The notes under the pieces: generated by a model
The model's input: the letters and a program-made list of their open reading frames with translations, nothing else
Told to the model about the DNA's origin: nothing
Database searches by the model: none
DNA from: Octopus sinensis
Lineage: Eukaryota
Direction: 5' to 3'
Length of the DNA stretch: 19,352 nucleotides
Assembly (NCBI RefSeq): GCF_006345805.1
Contig: NW_021824299.1
Coordinates: 1 to 19,352, forward strand
Program-made: the position numbers and the translations under genes
Part shown: positions 19,263 to 19,352 of the stretch, piece after piece
Layout of the letters: every line of letters begins with the position of its first letter
How positions within the stretch are numbered: the stretch's first letter is position 1

Positions 19263-19352
19263 GACGTCGTCATCATCATCATCATCATCGACGTCGTCAT
19301 CATCATCATCATCACTACCGTATTCGTCGTCATCGCCGCCGCCGCCGCCGCT
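19145..19352. repeat. Compound (CAT)n/(CGT)n/(CGC)n array
   Basis: Direct reading. Confidence 0.97.

Overview
AT-rich, microsatellite-dense eukaryotic non-coding DNA in which I can support no host protein-coding gene. The repeat families resemble those I recall from octopus/cephalopod genomes (inference). Nearly all listed ORFs are microsatellite read-through. The window is a transposon graveyard containing: (i) four decayed mariner pieces, two of them forming an inverted 3'-end/3'-end pair at 1-706; (ii) a Tc1-type MITE; (iii) a decayed Penelope-like retroelement (YRDD-type RT plus GIY-YIG, Naiad-like) at about 3160-4480; (iv) a short repeat family carrying a minimal hammerhead-ribozyme motif (6406, 7090, 9498 and a relic at 14866), usually next to (TA)n, with a non-canonical CUGUCGA core in the best copy, which sits between perfect 43-bp inverted repeats; (v) several tRNA-derived SINEs; and (vi) a 4-kb zone (13.9-17.9 kb) where R4/Dong LINE 3' ends (all +) and SINEs (all -) are strung along (AAT)n arrays. 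All calls come from manual translation and alignment by eye. Family names rest on recalled consensus motifs and need database confirmation.
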